Of a stretch of DNA of 64,000 nucleotides, positions 13,001-25,000 are shown piece by piece (within the stretch, counting starts at the first letter, position 1; every line of letters starts with the position of its first letter). The translations under genes were made by a program, and so were the position numbers. This DNA comes from Podarcis erhardii (taxonomy: Eukaryota): NCBI GenBank assembly GCA_964252035.1, contig OZ176215.1; one strand, given 5' to 3'. Below the pieces are notes generated by a model. It ran no database searches. It saw nothing but the letters and a program-made list of their open reading frames with translations, and had not been told where the DNA came from.

Positions 13001-16000
13001 GACTGCCTGGAAAGAGTGGGCGAAAGTGTGGGGAAGTCCACTGATATGTTTTAATTTAGACTGAAGCAAGTGCTTCACTACATGATGGCAAAAGTTTAAA
13101 GGATACTTGTGCCCCAAAGAGTTGAACCAGGCTTCCTCAACCTCCGCCCTCGAGATGTTTTGAGACTATAATTCCCATCATCCCTGACCACTGGTCCTGC
13201 TAGCTAGGGATCATGGGAGTTGTAGGCCAAAAACATCTGGAGGGCCGAGGTTGAGGAAGCCTGGGCTGAACATTCTTGCAAAAGGTCTGAGCTGTTATTT
13301 GATGCTCCAGGCAGGAGGGAGGAAGATCAACTTTAGCACAGGAAGTCTCCCACGCTGAGAAGGATCCCAGGTTTCCTTTGGGGTCTGGCTCAAGGATTTG
13401 ATTATTGATTCAAATGCTACTCCCCTAGGTGACCTCCACCTGATTTGAATCATTTAAGGACTCACCCGCCCAATGTAGTGGTGTCCGGTTCTCCCCATCT
13501 ACACAGTCTTCATTGGCTCCATGCTGCAAGAAAGAAGTTTTTTTTTTAAAAAAAAAAAATGCATTTCATTGGCATTGATAACTTGCCACACCCTGAAGGC
13601 TCAGAGTAGCAACACCCCCCGCCCCCAAACAGTAGTGTCACAAACCAATTCAGTAAAATCATAGTAAAATCTGAAGGAGTGTCTCCACCCCCATCGTTCT
13701 ACCCGGACACTGAAGTCCAGCGCTGAGGGCCTTCTGGTGGTTCCCTCACTGTGAGAAGCCAAGGTACAGGGAACTAGGCAGAGGGCCTTCTCAGTAGTGG
13801 CACCCACCCTGTGGAATGCCCTCCCACCAGATGTCACAGAGAACAACAACTACCAGACTTTTAGAAGACATCTGAAGGCAGCCCTGTTTAGGGAAGCTTT
13901 TAATGTTTGATGCATTACTGTTTTTTAATATTTTGTTGGAAGCCGCCAGAGTGGCTGGGGAAGCCCAGCCAGATGGGAGGGGTATAAATAATAAATTATC
14001 ATCATCATCATCATCAAATTGTAGAGTTGTGGAAGGGATCCAAAGGGTCGTCTAGTGCTTTTAAATCCTCATGGGGAGGGAATTCCACAGCTCAGGGGCC
14101 ATCACAGAGAAGGCCCTCTCCCTGGCCAACACCACCACCCTGAGGCTCTCAGAGGGCAGAGGAACCACGAAAAGGGCCTCCTCTGCGGGCCTCAGCATCT
14201 GAGATGCAAAATGTATTTCCATGGAATATTCTGATGGTCCAGGTTGTAGGATGCAGCATCCATCTCATTGCAGGAAATGACAAGCACATCATACATGCTC
14301 TGCATGCATTGATGCAGATTTTGATTTATGGACACATCCTAGTGCCAAAGGTTTCCACCTTCTCCCCCCCCCCCCGCCCCATATCTAGGAACAGCAGGAA
14401 TTATGTCTGGCTTCAAGAAGAAAACGCTTAATCAGCGACTCTGTTGCTCTCCCTAAGGTGCTGTTTAGAGAGGCATCGCTGGCACAGAGATGGGTACCTG
14501 GGCCTCTATGACCCGGAGGCTCCTTGAAGGATGATAAGCCGCCAAGCAGGAATCCCTCTGCTTTCCTGATCTTCACATCAACACGCCCTTTCCTCCCTTT
14601 TGCTGTAATGATTCTCAACGCAAGATTTCACACCCCACCCAGCTCTTCATTTTCCCCTTCGCCTCTGTGTTGAAACTGCCTCCCAGGTAAGCCTTGCAGA
14701 ATCACAGGGAAATGATTAGGCCCAGAAATTATTCCATCACTGCGAGGGCGGCTGTTTTCAAGTGGTGTTGATTATCGTTAAAGATCAGGCAGGAGTATTA
14801 TAAAACAAAGAGCTTTATTTAAAACAGCGGTGACAGCTTGGGGCACACAGACAGATGACAATCAGGGGACAGAGACCACAATTCCTCAGTGGCGGATATA
14901 AAAAGTTTGCCTCTTCCTTCCATCTATTTTCCTTCCCTTTACTGCAAGGCTTGTTTGATTACAGGCCTTTTTAGGCTCAGGGATTTAATAATTAATATCA
15001 AATAAAAACAAACAAATTTATTTATCCACCCCCCTCAGAAGTTTGAGGCTATGGGGTGTTGGCCCAGGAGGGGCCTTCTCTGTGGTGACCCCTCAGTTGT
15101 GGAATTTTTATCGCATGGCACCTTCACGGTACAGCTTTTGGCAAATGCTGAAAACCTGGTTTTGGGCACTTGAGATGCATATTTTCAGGACCCACCCACC
15201 CAGATTGTAGTCTGTTTTAACTGTTTCTAATTCTGAATTTTAAATTGTTGAAACCAGCCCTGGGACCTGCTAAAATGTATCATTATTTTTTCAGAAAATG
15301 CAATGAGCGCCTTCTGGCTTCCCATCAGCAGGGCCTGTTTTGCTGTTTTTAATAAATCATACACCTCTTAGAGAATTTTAGGTTTTATTATTAAGGGCAG
15401 ACATGGACCTGGTTTGTGCATTTGCACAGTGCAAATGTGTGAATGTCCCAGAGAAGAAACTGTGGCTCCATTACTTCTCTGGTCTTCCTGACGTCACCCT
15501 GCTGGGAGCCAGGTTTTCTGGGGCCTTATGGTTTGTCTCATAACCAAACCACAGGCCCAGGTTTGGACGACATGCTCAGCCAAACCATGTCTTAAGCTCA
15601 CAGGAGCAGGACTGAAGGTGGGATAATGCAGCTGCGGCCTCCTCTCTAAGGACCCTCACACTTGTGCTTTCACACTTAACCTTGTATAGACTGAGCCACT
15701 GAAAATGAAAACAAACAAAAAAATACTGGTCTGCTCTTGATCATTTACAGCAGTGGTTCCCCAAAGTGGGTGGTAGCGCCCCCTGGGCCCCATGGGGTTA
15801 CCTGCGAGGGGGAGGCAAGGAAGTGGGGCAAGGAAGTGGAGTGGCTTCTGGAGGTGCAAATGACTCCCAGACTTTGAGAAGCAGTGTCACTGGATCAAGT
15901 TGAATCTATTTTGTTGAACTAATTAAACTAAATAGTTTTAACTGGATTTTGAATCAACGTGCAATTAGTTGCTACCGTTTTGCATTTCATTCTGTTATTA

Positions 16001-19000
16001 TCTTCCTTGGTGGGTTGTAGGAACTGCTATTCTGAATACTGTAATGCTTTTTATATATGCCCGCTTACCTGGGAGTAAGTCCTGCTGGATTCATTGGGGC
16101 TTACTTCAAAGTATACCTGCACAAGGTTACACTGTTCTTCATGTGCTCTTTTTATATGGTTCAGCACAAGGTAACACATGGGGTTGCAGGGTGGGCAAAA
16201 ATCTCAGGCAGCAAAAAAATCCTCAGCCCAGCCCCTTAGGCCTGCACAGCCTGTCACCCCCACCAAGCTGAAAGCTCCCTCTGCACACCCCCAGGCAGAC
16301 TCTCTTCTTTGCACCTCCCACGTTTCAAGGCTGAACCACTGGCACAAAAACCACATTCAAGATTAAAGCCTGCCTCAACATTAAATCCTTGTTACCCCTC
16401 ATAGAAAGGAACATAGGACCATAAGAAGAGCTTGCTGAATCAGGCCAGTGGCTCATCTAGTCCAGCATTTTGTTCTCACAGTGGCCAACCAGATGTCTGT
16501 GGGAAGCTCGCAAGCAGGATTCAAACACAAGAGCCCTCTCCCCTCCAGAAACTGCCATTCAGAAGCATTTATGCCCTAGAACATGGAGGCAGACCACATC
16601 CATCCTGGCTAGTAACCACCCATAGACTTGAATTTGTCCAATCCTCTCTTAAAACCACCCAAGTTGGTGGCTACTGCTGCTTCCTGTGGGAGGGAGTTCC
16701 ACAGTTTATCTACGTGCTGCACGAAGATGTAAACGTGGGTGTCCTATTTACCTGCAGAAGGACCTTCACGCACTGAGGCTGGCAAGCGATGGTGGATAAA
16801 TGCAGGGCAGTGCTACCTAGAAAGACAGAAGGAAGGAGAAGTCAAAATATGACAAACGGTGGCGGAAAGGGAAGAGCCAGGCCTTTTCTTCCAGGGGAGG
16901 CTGGGTGTGCCGTTGTTGAGACTCTGCTGGAGCAGATTCAGAAACAAAGTGGTATCTCTGCCCTTGATGCTTCAAAAGCACTTGGCGCTTACTTGTGGAT
17001 TGAATCAAAGGGAGCAAAGGAGGGTGCTTGGCAACAGCCACTCTCCACTTTGCTGGGCACTTGCAGACCCACCAAGCCAAGCCAAACTCCCCTTCCCTGG
17101 CTGAGAGGCTGGACAGACAGTCTGTTTTTAAGGCCAGTGACCCATCTAGTCCAGGATCCTGTCTCACAGTGGCCAACCACCCTCTCCAGAGTGCACAAGA
17201 ACCCTCTCCCTTCCTTGTTCCCTGCAACTAGAGTTCAGAAGCTTTGCTGCCTCCAACTGCATTCCCATTGTGGCTGGTAGCCGTTGAGAGCCCTGTAAAG
17301 AAACATCAAAACTGATTGAAAAGCAACATCGTTTTGGAACAACTATACTGTATCCCACTTCTTATCCAATGACCTTCTCAAGAATATGAGATTGCGTGAG
17401 TTTTTAATCTTGTGGGAGGGCGGTAAGCACACTCGCTCCCCTGTTACAGAATCGCTCCCCCTATGACACGTACCATCGTCATTCTTATCATTAACATCAG
17501 CCCCATGAGAGAGCAGGATGGTGAGGCATTCCGTGAGCCCCTTGGAAGCCGCCAGGTGGAATCTGCAAGGAAGAGGAAAAAGCGGGATCTTGACAAGCAA
17601 TACTTTCCGGATGTCTTGTAAACTAAAAGTACCCCAGTGTGTAGCTCAGCCGGAAGAGCATAAGACTCTTGATTTTAGGGTTGTGGGTTCGAGCCCCACT
17701 CTGGGCAAAAGATTCCTATATTGCAGGGGGTTGGACAAGATCATCCTCATGGTCCCTTCCAACTCTACAATTCTATGATCTAAAGGGCAGAGCTCAAATG
17801 ACCATTTTTCGATATATGGGGTGGTTTTGTTTTTTCATGCAATCAGATCGCCGTTCATTGCCATCGGCATATGAAAATGTCTGGCTCATTTAAGGCTATG
17901 TAAAACATTTATTCTCAATAAGTGAAAAACTCACAGGTGGAGAATACTTTTATTTTGTATGGATCTTTATTATTTGTAAAGGGAATCTTTGTATGAGTTA
18001 ATACTTTATTATCCCTTTGGAGCCGCGCTAGATCTTTGGTACTTTTGCCCTTCTTAGGCTGTGACGTGTTATGGTTTAAACCTTTGGTTCTTTTTCTTGT
18101 TGTATTTTTGTTACGTTTGAGCTTTTGTTCGTTAATAAATCAATAAAAAAGAAAAAGCAGGATCCTGAATCAGGCAGAGCCATTCTTGGTTCCCCTCTCA
18201 TCCCCCCCACCCCCAATCCATCATCAGTTTTAGACAGTGAAATAAATCATCACCAGCAATGCAATCTGCTAAAACTTCCCCACCTCAGGCTCTTAATCAC
18301 TTCAGTTTTCACCAACCATCAATTTAGTCTGGCTAATCATACTATGATCAGGTGTCAACACTGAAAGCAGCTGTTTCCTTGGATCCAGAGGGATGTGCTT
18401 ATTAGCCCACAGAAACAAATTTGCATGTGCTAAATATATAAGTACAGTGCAAATTCAGGATGTAAATGTTGCAGAAGGCCAGCCACCTAATTTCCCCTCC
18501 AGGTCACCTCCTTCCACCCCTCCTTCCCCCTCCCCCCCAATTAACCTCCGTCTCCAGGGCTCAGTGGTAGGTGGGAGTGCAGGGGAAGAATCACCAGGGA
18601 TGTATGCCCTGTGACATCACCAGGGGCTGCCCCTGGGTCTCAAAGTTTGAGCCCTGAAATCTCAGCATCTGGGATGCTCCTCACCCAGCAACCCTACCCA
18701 AGAGACCGCCTTGTCCTTTGCAGAGCCTGCGAACAAGAGGGATTATGGGGCAGGGAAAACTTACGTACGCAGATTGCCCCAGGGCATTCAGTTTGGTGGC
18801 TTTGGCTGTCTTCTTGGAAGCGAGGACGGATACGCGCCCCACGTCGCCTTTCTCAACAGCGTCAAAAAGCTTCTGGTCATGCTTGTTCCAGCTCTCTACC
18901 TGGTTGTCATGAGATAAGGAAAGCAGCCATTTAGTGTCAGAGGCTTACCATGGGGCTGTTCTGTGCCAGAAGAGAGACCTGCTCCCCTGAAATGAGCAAG

Positions 19001-22000
19001 GGTGAAAGTGAGCACGGATGTTGGCCATTCTGCAGGACTGGAATTGAATCATAGAACTGTAGGGACCCCAAGGATCATCTAGTCCAACCCATCGCGATGC
19101 AGGAACCACAGCTCATCAATTTATAACCCTTTACAAATGAAAAGCCATAGCACCACATTATTAAAATATAAATACAGTGGCACCTCGGGTTAAGAACTTA
19201 ATTCGTTCCAGAGGTCCGTTCTTAACCTGAAACGGTTCTTAACCTGAGGTGTGCTCGACAACCAAGGTCCGACTGTATAAGCCAACATTAGTCATACTCA
19301 AGAGGAGACACATTAAAATCACTGTCGTCCTGATTTCATGCTCTAAGAATGATAGGGAATCTGACCTCTTAATCCTGACTACTGGTTGTATAACACCCTT
19401 CTCCCAAGAAATCCTTGAAACTGTTATTCAGTGGAGAGATAGGACCTGTGATTTCTCGACCATGTTCCCCTCTCAGCAGCATTACAATTCCCTGAAAATC
19501 GGGAATTATTCTTAACCCTGTTAAACTTGAAGAAAATGTCTTAATCAAAATGTTTCCTCTGATGACAACTTGCACTTTAAGTTAATGAATGTTATCTGGG
19601 GAAATACAAAAACACTGAGGAAGAATTTTCTGATGGCAAGAGCCCTTGGAAGTTGGTAGCTTCTCCTTCACTGGAGGTTTTTTCAAAGAGAGGTTTGGTG
19701 ATTTGGGATCATAGCTGTGATTCCTGCATTGCAGGGATCTAGTCCAGTGACCTTTGGGGATCCCTTCCAACTCTACAATTCTGTGTTTAAGTAAAATGAA
19801 TGGAAATGGCTACATTAAAGGCATAAGGTATACCATGCAGTGATAGATTATGATTATTACAGTGGTACCTCAAGTTATATACGCTTCAGGTTACAAACGC
19901 TTCAGGTTACAGACTTGGCTAACCCAGAAATAGTACCTCGGGTTAAGAACTTTGCTTCAGGATGAGAACAGAAATTGTGCAGTGGCGCAGCAGCAGCAGG
20001 AGGCTCCATTAACTAAAGTGGTGCTTCAGGTTAAGAACAGTTTCAGGTTAAGAACGGACCTCCGGAACAAATTAAGTACTTAACCCGAGGTACCACCGTA
20101 TTATGATTGTCAGGAAGAATACCCTCCAAAAAATTCTAGTAATCAGGGAGGCGGGAGATCCCTTCTGATCTAGAGGAAGATCTAGGGAGAGCCATGGACT
20201 CCACGTTGCTTAGTAACCGCCATTCAAGCCAGTAATAAAAGAGGAAAGAGCCTCATAGCTGGAATGTGGAATGTGGAAAATGTTATTTTTATTTCATCGC
20301 CTGGCTCCATCCCACACAGGACAGGTGGCCGACGGCCATTCTCCTTTCTCCCATGACAGCCATTCTTTTTGCAACATCACACACTGCCTCCAAGCGGGTT
20401 GGCAAATTTCCCAGAAAATATATACTGTAGTTAATTGCCCTGGAATAAGTTGCCTTGGGAAAGCGTAGGTCTTAAAAAAGAAAGGTGGCATGAAGCTGTT
20501 CAGGAGGCAACAGGAATTCAGGCAGCAGTGCAAAGATAGCCTTTGTTGAGATGGATATAGAGATCTAGGCATTCACAGGCAGCTTCTAGCTCATTTCTTT
20601 CCAAGGAAAACAGGGCTCCAGTCTGGCAAAACTTAAAAGGGGTTCAATCACACACCCACACCCACCCACCCACCCACCCCTAAAGGTAGAATAGAGGGAG
20701 ATTCAGGATACAGCCCCTTCACATACTGCCAAAAATAACTGAATTGCAAAGTTGGCAGGGACCCCCAAGGGCCATCTAGTCTAACCCCCTGCAACGCAGG
20801 AATTGCAGCTAAAGAATCCCGGACAGAATGCCTTTTAAAAACCTCCAATGAAGGAGAATCCACATATATAAAAGGCAAAGCTCTGCAGCTGCCCCGGCAG
20901 GAAGTCAAGCCAAAGAAAAAAAATTAAGGCTTTCTTTTGGGGTTGGAGGGTGTCGTGCTTTTGGTTAAAAGGTTCACTTGTCCCTTCAGTTTGGGGATTT
21001 TTATTTTAAGCAGATCTGTTTCAGCAGCTCCGTGAAGATGGGCAAAGAATGTGCTTGGAGACAATCCGGTTCTGAATGCCGTTGCTGACGGAGCAACACG
21101 CCCAGAGTTTGCGGAGGGCAACATTTCACAAGGGCCACACACCCCGCTGTTGCTTAAGTTCTAATTATGCTGGGAAAACACAGTCTTCCTACAAGATACA
21201 GCTGGGACCTTTCACTCTCAGTTCTCTCCATTCCCAGAAAGGCAAAAGGAAAGTCTGCTTTCGTTGGACAATTATGACTATTAATAGATTTGCTTTCTCT
21301 CTCTTTCTCTTTTTTTGTAAAGTTTTAATTTCATTTTATAACGAATATAAAGCAGGGAGAAGAGTTATAAGAACAGGTGAAAATTAAAAGAGGAAAAACA
21401 AAAGCACAAAACAGGCACCTAGAATGATGAATTAGAATGAATAAAATAGCAAAGTAAAGAATATCCAGGCTATCTGATTTTGATCAAGTCTACTTCCAGA
21501 TTTGTCAGGCTTGTGTTGAGGGTTGCCTTGAAAATGCTGGCTCTGTTGCATATATAATTAAAGAATGCCAAATCATATAAAAAGTGCTTGAAGGGCTCTA
21601 GTGCTTGTAAAAAAAACAATCCTCAATTTCTAAGTCATTTTCTCCACTATAGCTCCTATGCATTTGCTTTCAGCCTGCCATTTCCTCCAGGGCAGTGGTG
21701 GCTAAACTCGGCCCTCCAGATGTTTTGGAACTACAATTCCCATCATCCTTGACCACTGGTTCTGTTAGCTAGGGATGATGGGAGTTGTAGTCCCAAAACA
21801 TCTGGAGGGCCAAGTTTGGCCACCACTGCTCCAGGGGAATCAGGATAGCATGCAGAGCTCCCCCTGCTTTTGTCTTCACAACAACCCTGTGAAGCTGAGA
21901 GAAAGCAGCTAGCCCAAAGTCACCTAGTAAAGTTTTGTAGCTGAGTGGGAGTTTGAACCAAAGTCTCCCAGTACTCTAACCATTGCACCACAACTGCTCT

Positions 22001-25000
22001 TGGTAAGCTGTAAGGTGCCTGAGAACTTATCCCAGCTGTTTTGCAGCCCCATAGAAATACCCACCTGCTGAATTTTTGCCTGTAAACACAGCTGTTTAAA
22101 GTATGGGAGCCTTGCAAGAACAAAAAAATGCACTGGCGAGCATAAGGCAGATACAGAGAAAGGCTAGGGTGATGTACCGGTACCTTCTGGAGAAGAGAAG
22201 GTTTTAGACTGGTGCTGCTTGTCATTTCAGGCAGCTGTGGGGCAGACAGAGAATCTGAACTGGCTTAAATTCTGCCTTCTCCCCAGCTCTCTTTAAAAGC
22301 ACAGGAGCCAGGTCCTCTTTCGAACCAGGCCACCGCTATTCAGGGTGAAATTATAAGATATTTTCCTCTAGAGAAATGTTAGCATGCACCGACATTTCAT
22401 AACCGCTCTTCCAGTTCTTAAAAAAAATGCACAGCAGACATCGTAAATTCAATGAGCCATAAGCAGGAAATGCAGTTAGGGCAACCAAAGGATTCCTGAG
22501 CATGTGTAGAGTGCTCTCCGTTGTGACCAAAAAACACAAGCAGTTGGTGCCCATTTGGGATCCAGGATAAAGATGTTCTGAGAGAAGACTTGGTGGTCTT
22601 CTTGAACCCCTCAGTCTCTGCTGTCTAAGTCAATGGACAGGTCCCTTGGTTTCAATAATAAAATTTTGGTAAGATGTGCAGATGTCAAAAAGTGAAGGAA
22701 TGTGCCTTCGCAGGGCTGATGATCACCCGATTTTATTTTGTCTCCCCATGCAAAGAACAAGATCAGCCCAGAGCGCTGACGTCAGAGCAGTAGATAAGCT
22801 GCCATGACCAGGCCTGTTTGTCAGGCCTCGAAGTCACTTTGCTCAGGGCCAATTTCATGCTAAACGCAAGTCGTCCCCAGGAGTGGATACACCCCAAAGG
22901 CAGGATGGAGCAAGACTGAGCAAAGCCTCATGTCAAGAAAGGAATTCATGCTGAGACTTCCAGTTGGTCATGCTTTGCTTTGAACTGAGTGTGTGTGTCA
23001 GCCTTCCCATCGTGGCCTCATCTGAGCTGGGACTTGTGATTGATTGATTGATTGATTGATTGCATTTATAAGCTACCTTTTCTCCCTCGAAGGAGCTCAA
23101 GGTGGCTTAGCTGGTTCTGCCCCTTCTCATTTATTCCCCACAACAACCCTGCGAGGTGGGTTAGGCTGAGAGAAAGTGTGACTGGCTCAAAGTCACCGAG
23201 CGAGCTCCATGGCCAAGTGAGGTTTTGAACCCTGGTCTCTCAGGTCCTAGTCTGACGCTCTAACCACAACACCACACTGGCACAAGGACTCAGATCAAGA
23301 TCCTGTGGAATGAAGAACAGTGCCTCTGAACATGTGCAGAGTGCCTTTCATGCACCACCTATCTCCAGCCTGCTCCTAGGAATCTGGGAAAACGACTTGC
23401 CATCATATAACCCCAATGTTCTGCACAGACAAGAACAATGGTTTGCCCTGAAAGATACCTCAGGCCTCTGTGAAGTAAGGTTGCTAACTGACCAGGAAGA
23501 ACTACAAAAGCAGGCATGCTTGCTCTTAAAGGCACAAGAGCAACTTAATCAGGATAAACCACCCAGTAAAGTTTTTTATTATTATTTGTCGCATGGAGAC
23601 AGACACAATTACCTATTATTATAGTAATATCATCATCAGGCCAAGTGGCCCTATAAGGAACAGGAATTGATTAAAACGTTGGCAACCTGAATGGAGCCTC
23701 TTTTTAAATGAACAAGAAAAGTGTGACACTGTGCTTTATTGGAAACAGCCACCCACACGTTGCATGTTGTTATATTATTAAATGCATGGCCTGTTTATGC
23801 AGCCAGGAGTTATTGGCTCCACAAACCAGACGCCCCTGTCCTCTGCTGATATCCCTGGAAACAATAAAAGGAGACTGGCCAAGTAGTTTTTGAGAGAGGC
23901 TGCCACTGGTTTGTCCTGAAGGACACTGGTGCCTCAGCGGGAGAAACTTGTTTACAAACGCAACTCGTGTCTAGAGCTGTCAGGTAAGGAGCATCCTAGA
24001 CCCTGAATTGCAGGGCCCAGCCCAGCTCTTTTCCTCCCTCCGCACTTCCATCACTGAGCCTTGGAGATGGAGGTTAATTGGGAGAGGGGAGCCGAGGACA
24101 GCAGACCCTCCCAGAATGTCTCTGCTACAATTGGCAGCCGGGTCCTGCCAGGCTGAATCTTGCATGCGGCCTGCACAATCCCAGGCTCAGACAGACCTGC
24201 ACCTTGATCCTTTCTCTTCCCATCTCTGCATGATTCTGTCATTATTCTAGACTTGGAAACAGGGTAGAGGCTGGTGGCTTACCCAATCTGGACCTTCTAG
24301 ATCAAACCTTTTGGGGGGGGCAGGGGTGCCCCTTTGTTCCATAAACTCATATCCAACACCTACCACCCTACCCTATCAAAAACATTATTTGCATGACCAA
24401 CTAAGGAAGATAGTAACACAATAAAATTCAAAATTTAAAATTTAAAAGCTGTGCTTTTACTCAAAACCCAATTCAAACTATTGAGTTTAATTAAGTCTGT
24501 CAATTAACCCCACAGTCTCCCACTGGTTTATCCAAAGGTTTGCATTGTCCTCACTCACCAATCGGCAAACGCTGCCCCACAGAAACTAGCCTCTGGGTTG
24601 GCGAAACTTACAGCTGCCCCACAGAAACTAGCCTCTGGGTTGGCGAAACCTATGCCCCTGCTGCAAAAAGAGGTCAAGAGAAGCTGCCATTTGGCATAAC
24701 ATTCAAATGGGTTGATTTGTATGCATAGCGATGCAGATATAGATAATGACTATATAAATATAAATACAGAGATAATTAAAAGAAATGCAATACAGTGGTA
24801 CCTCAGGTTAAGTACTTAATTCGTTCCGGAGCTCTGTTCTTAACCTGAAACACTGCTTTAGCTAATGGGGGCCTTCTGCTGCTGCCGGGCTGCCAGAGCA
24901 TGATTTCTGTTCTCATCCTGAAGCAAAGTTCTTAACCTGAAGCACTATTTCTGGGTTAGCAGAGTCTGTAACCTGAAGCGTATGTAACCTGAAGCGTATG

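Noticed and set aside
17636-17706. tRNA-Lys(CTT) gene
   Set aside because: The 5' acceptor-stem strand is missing, stems carry mismatches, and it is fused to a CR1-type tail, so it is a SINE head.
22777-22784. Full CRE palindromes TGACGTCA (also 15489-15496)
   Set aside because: Two 8-mers in 64 kb are close to chance, with no supporting context.
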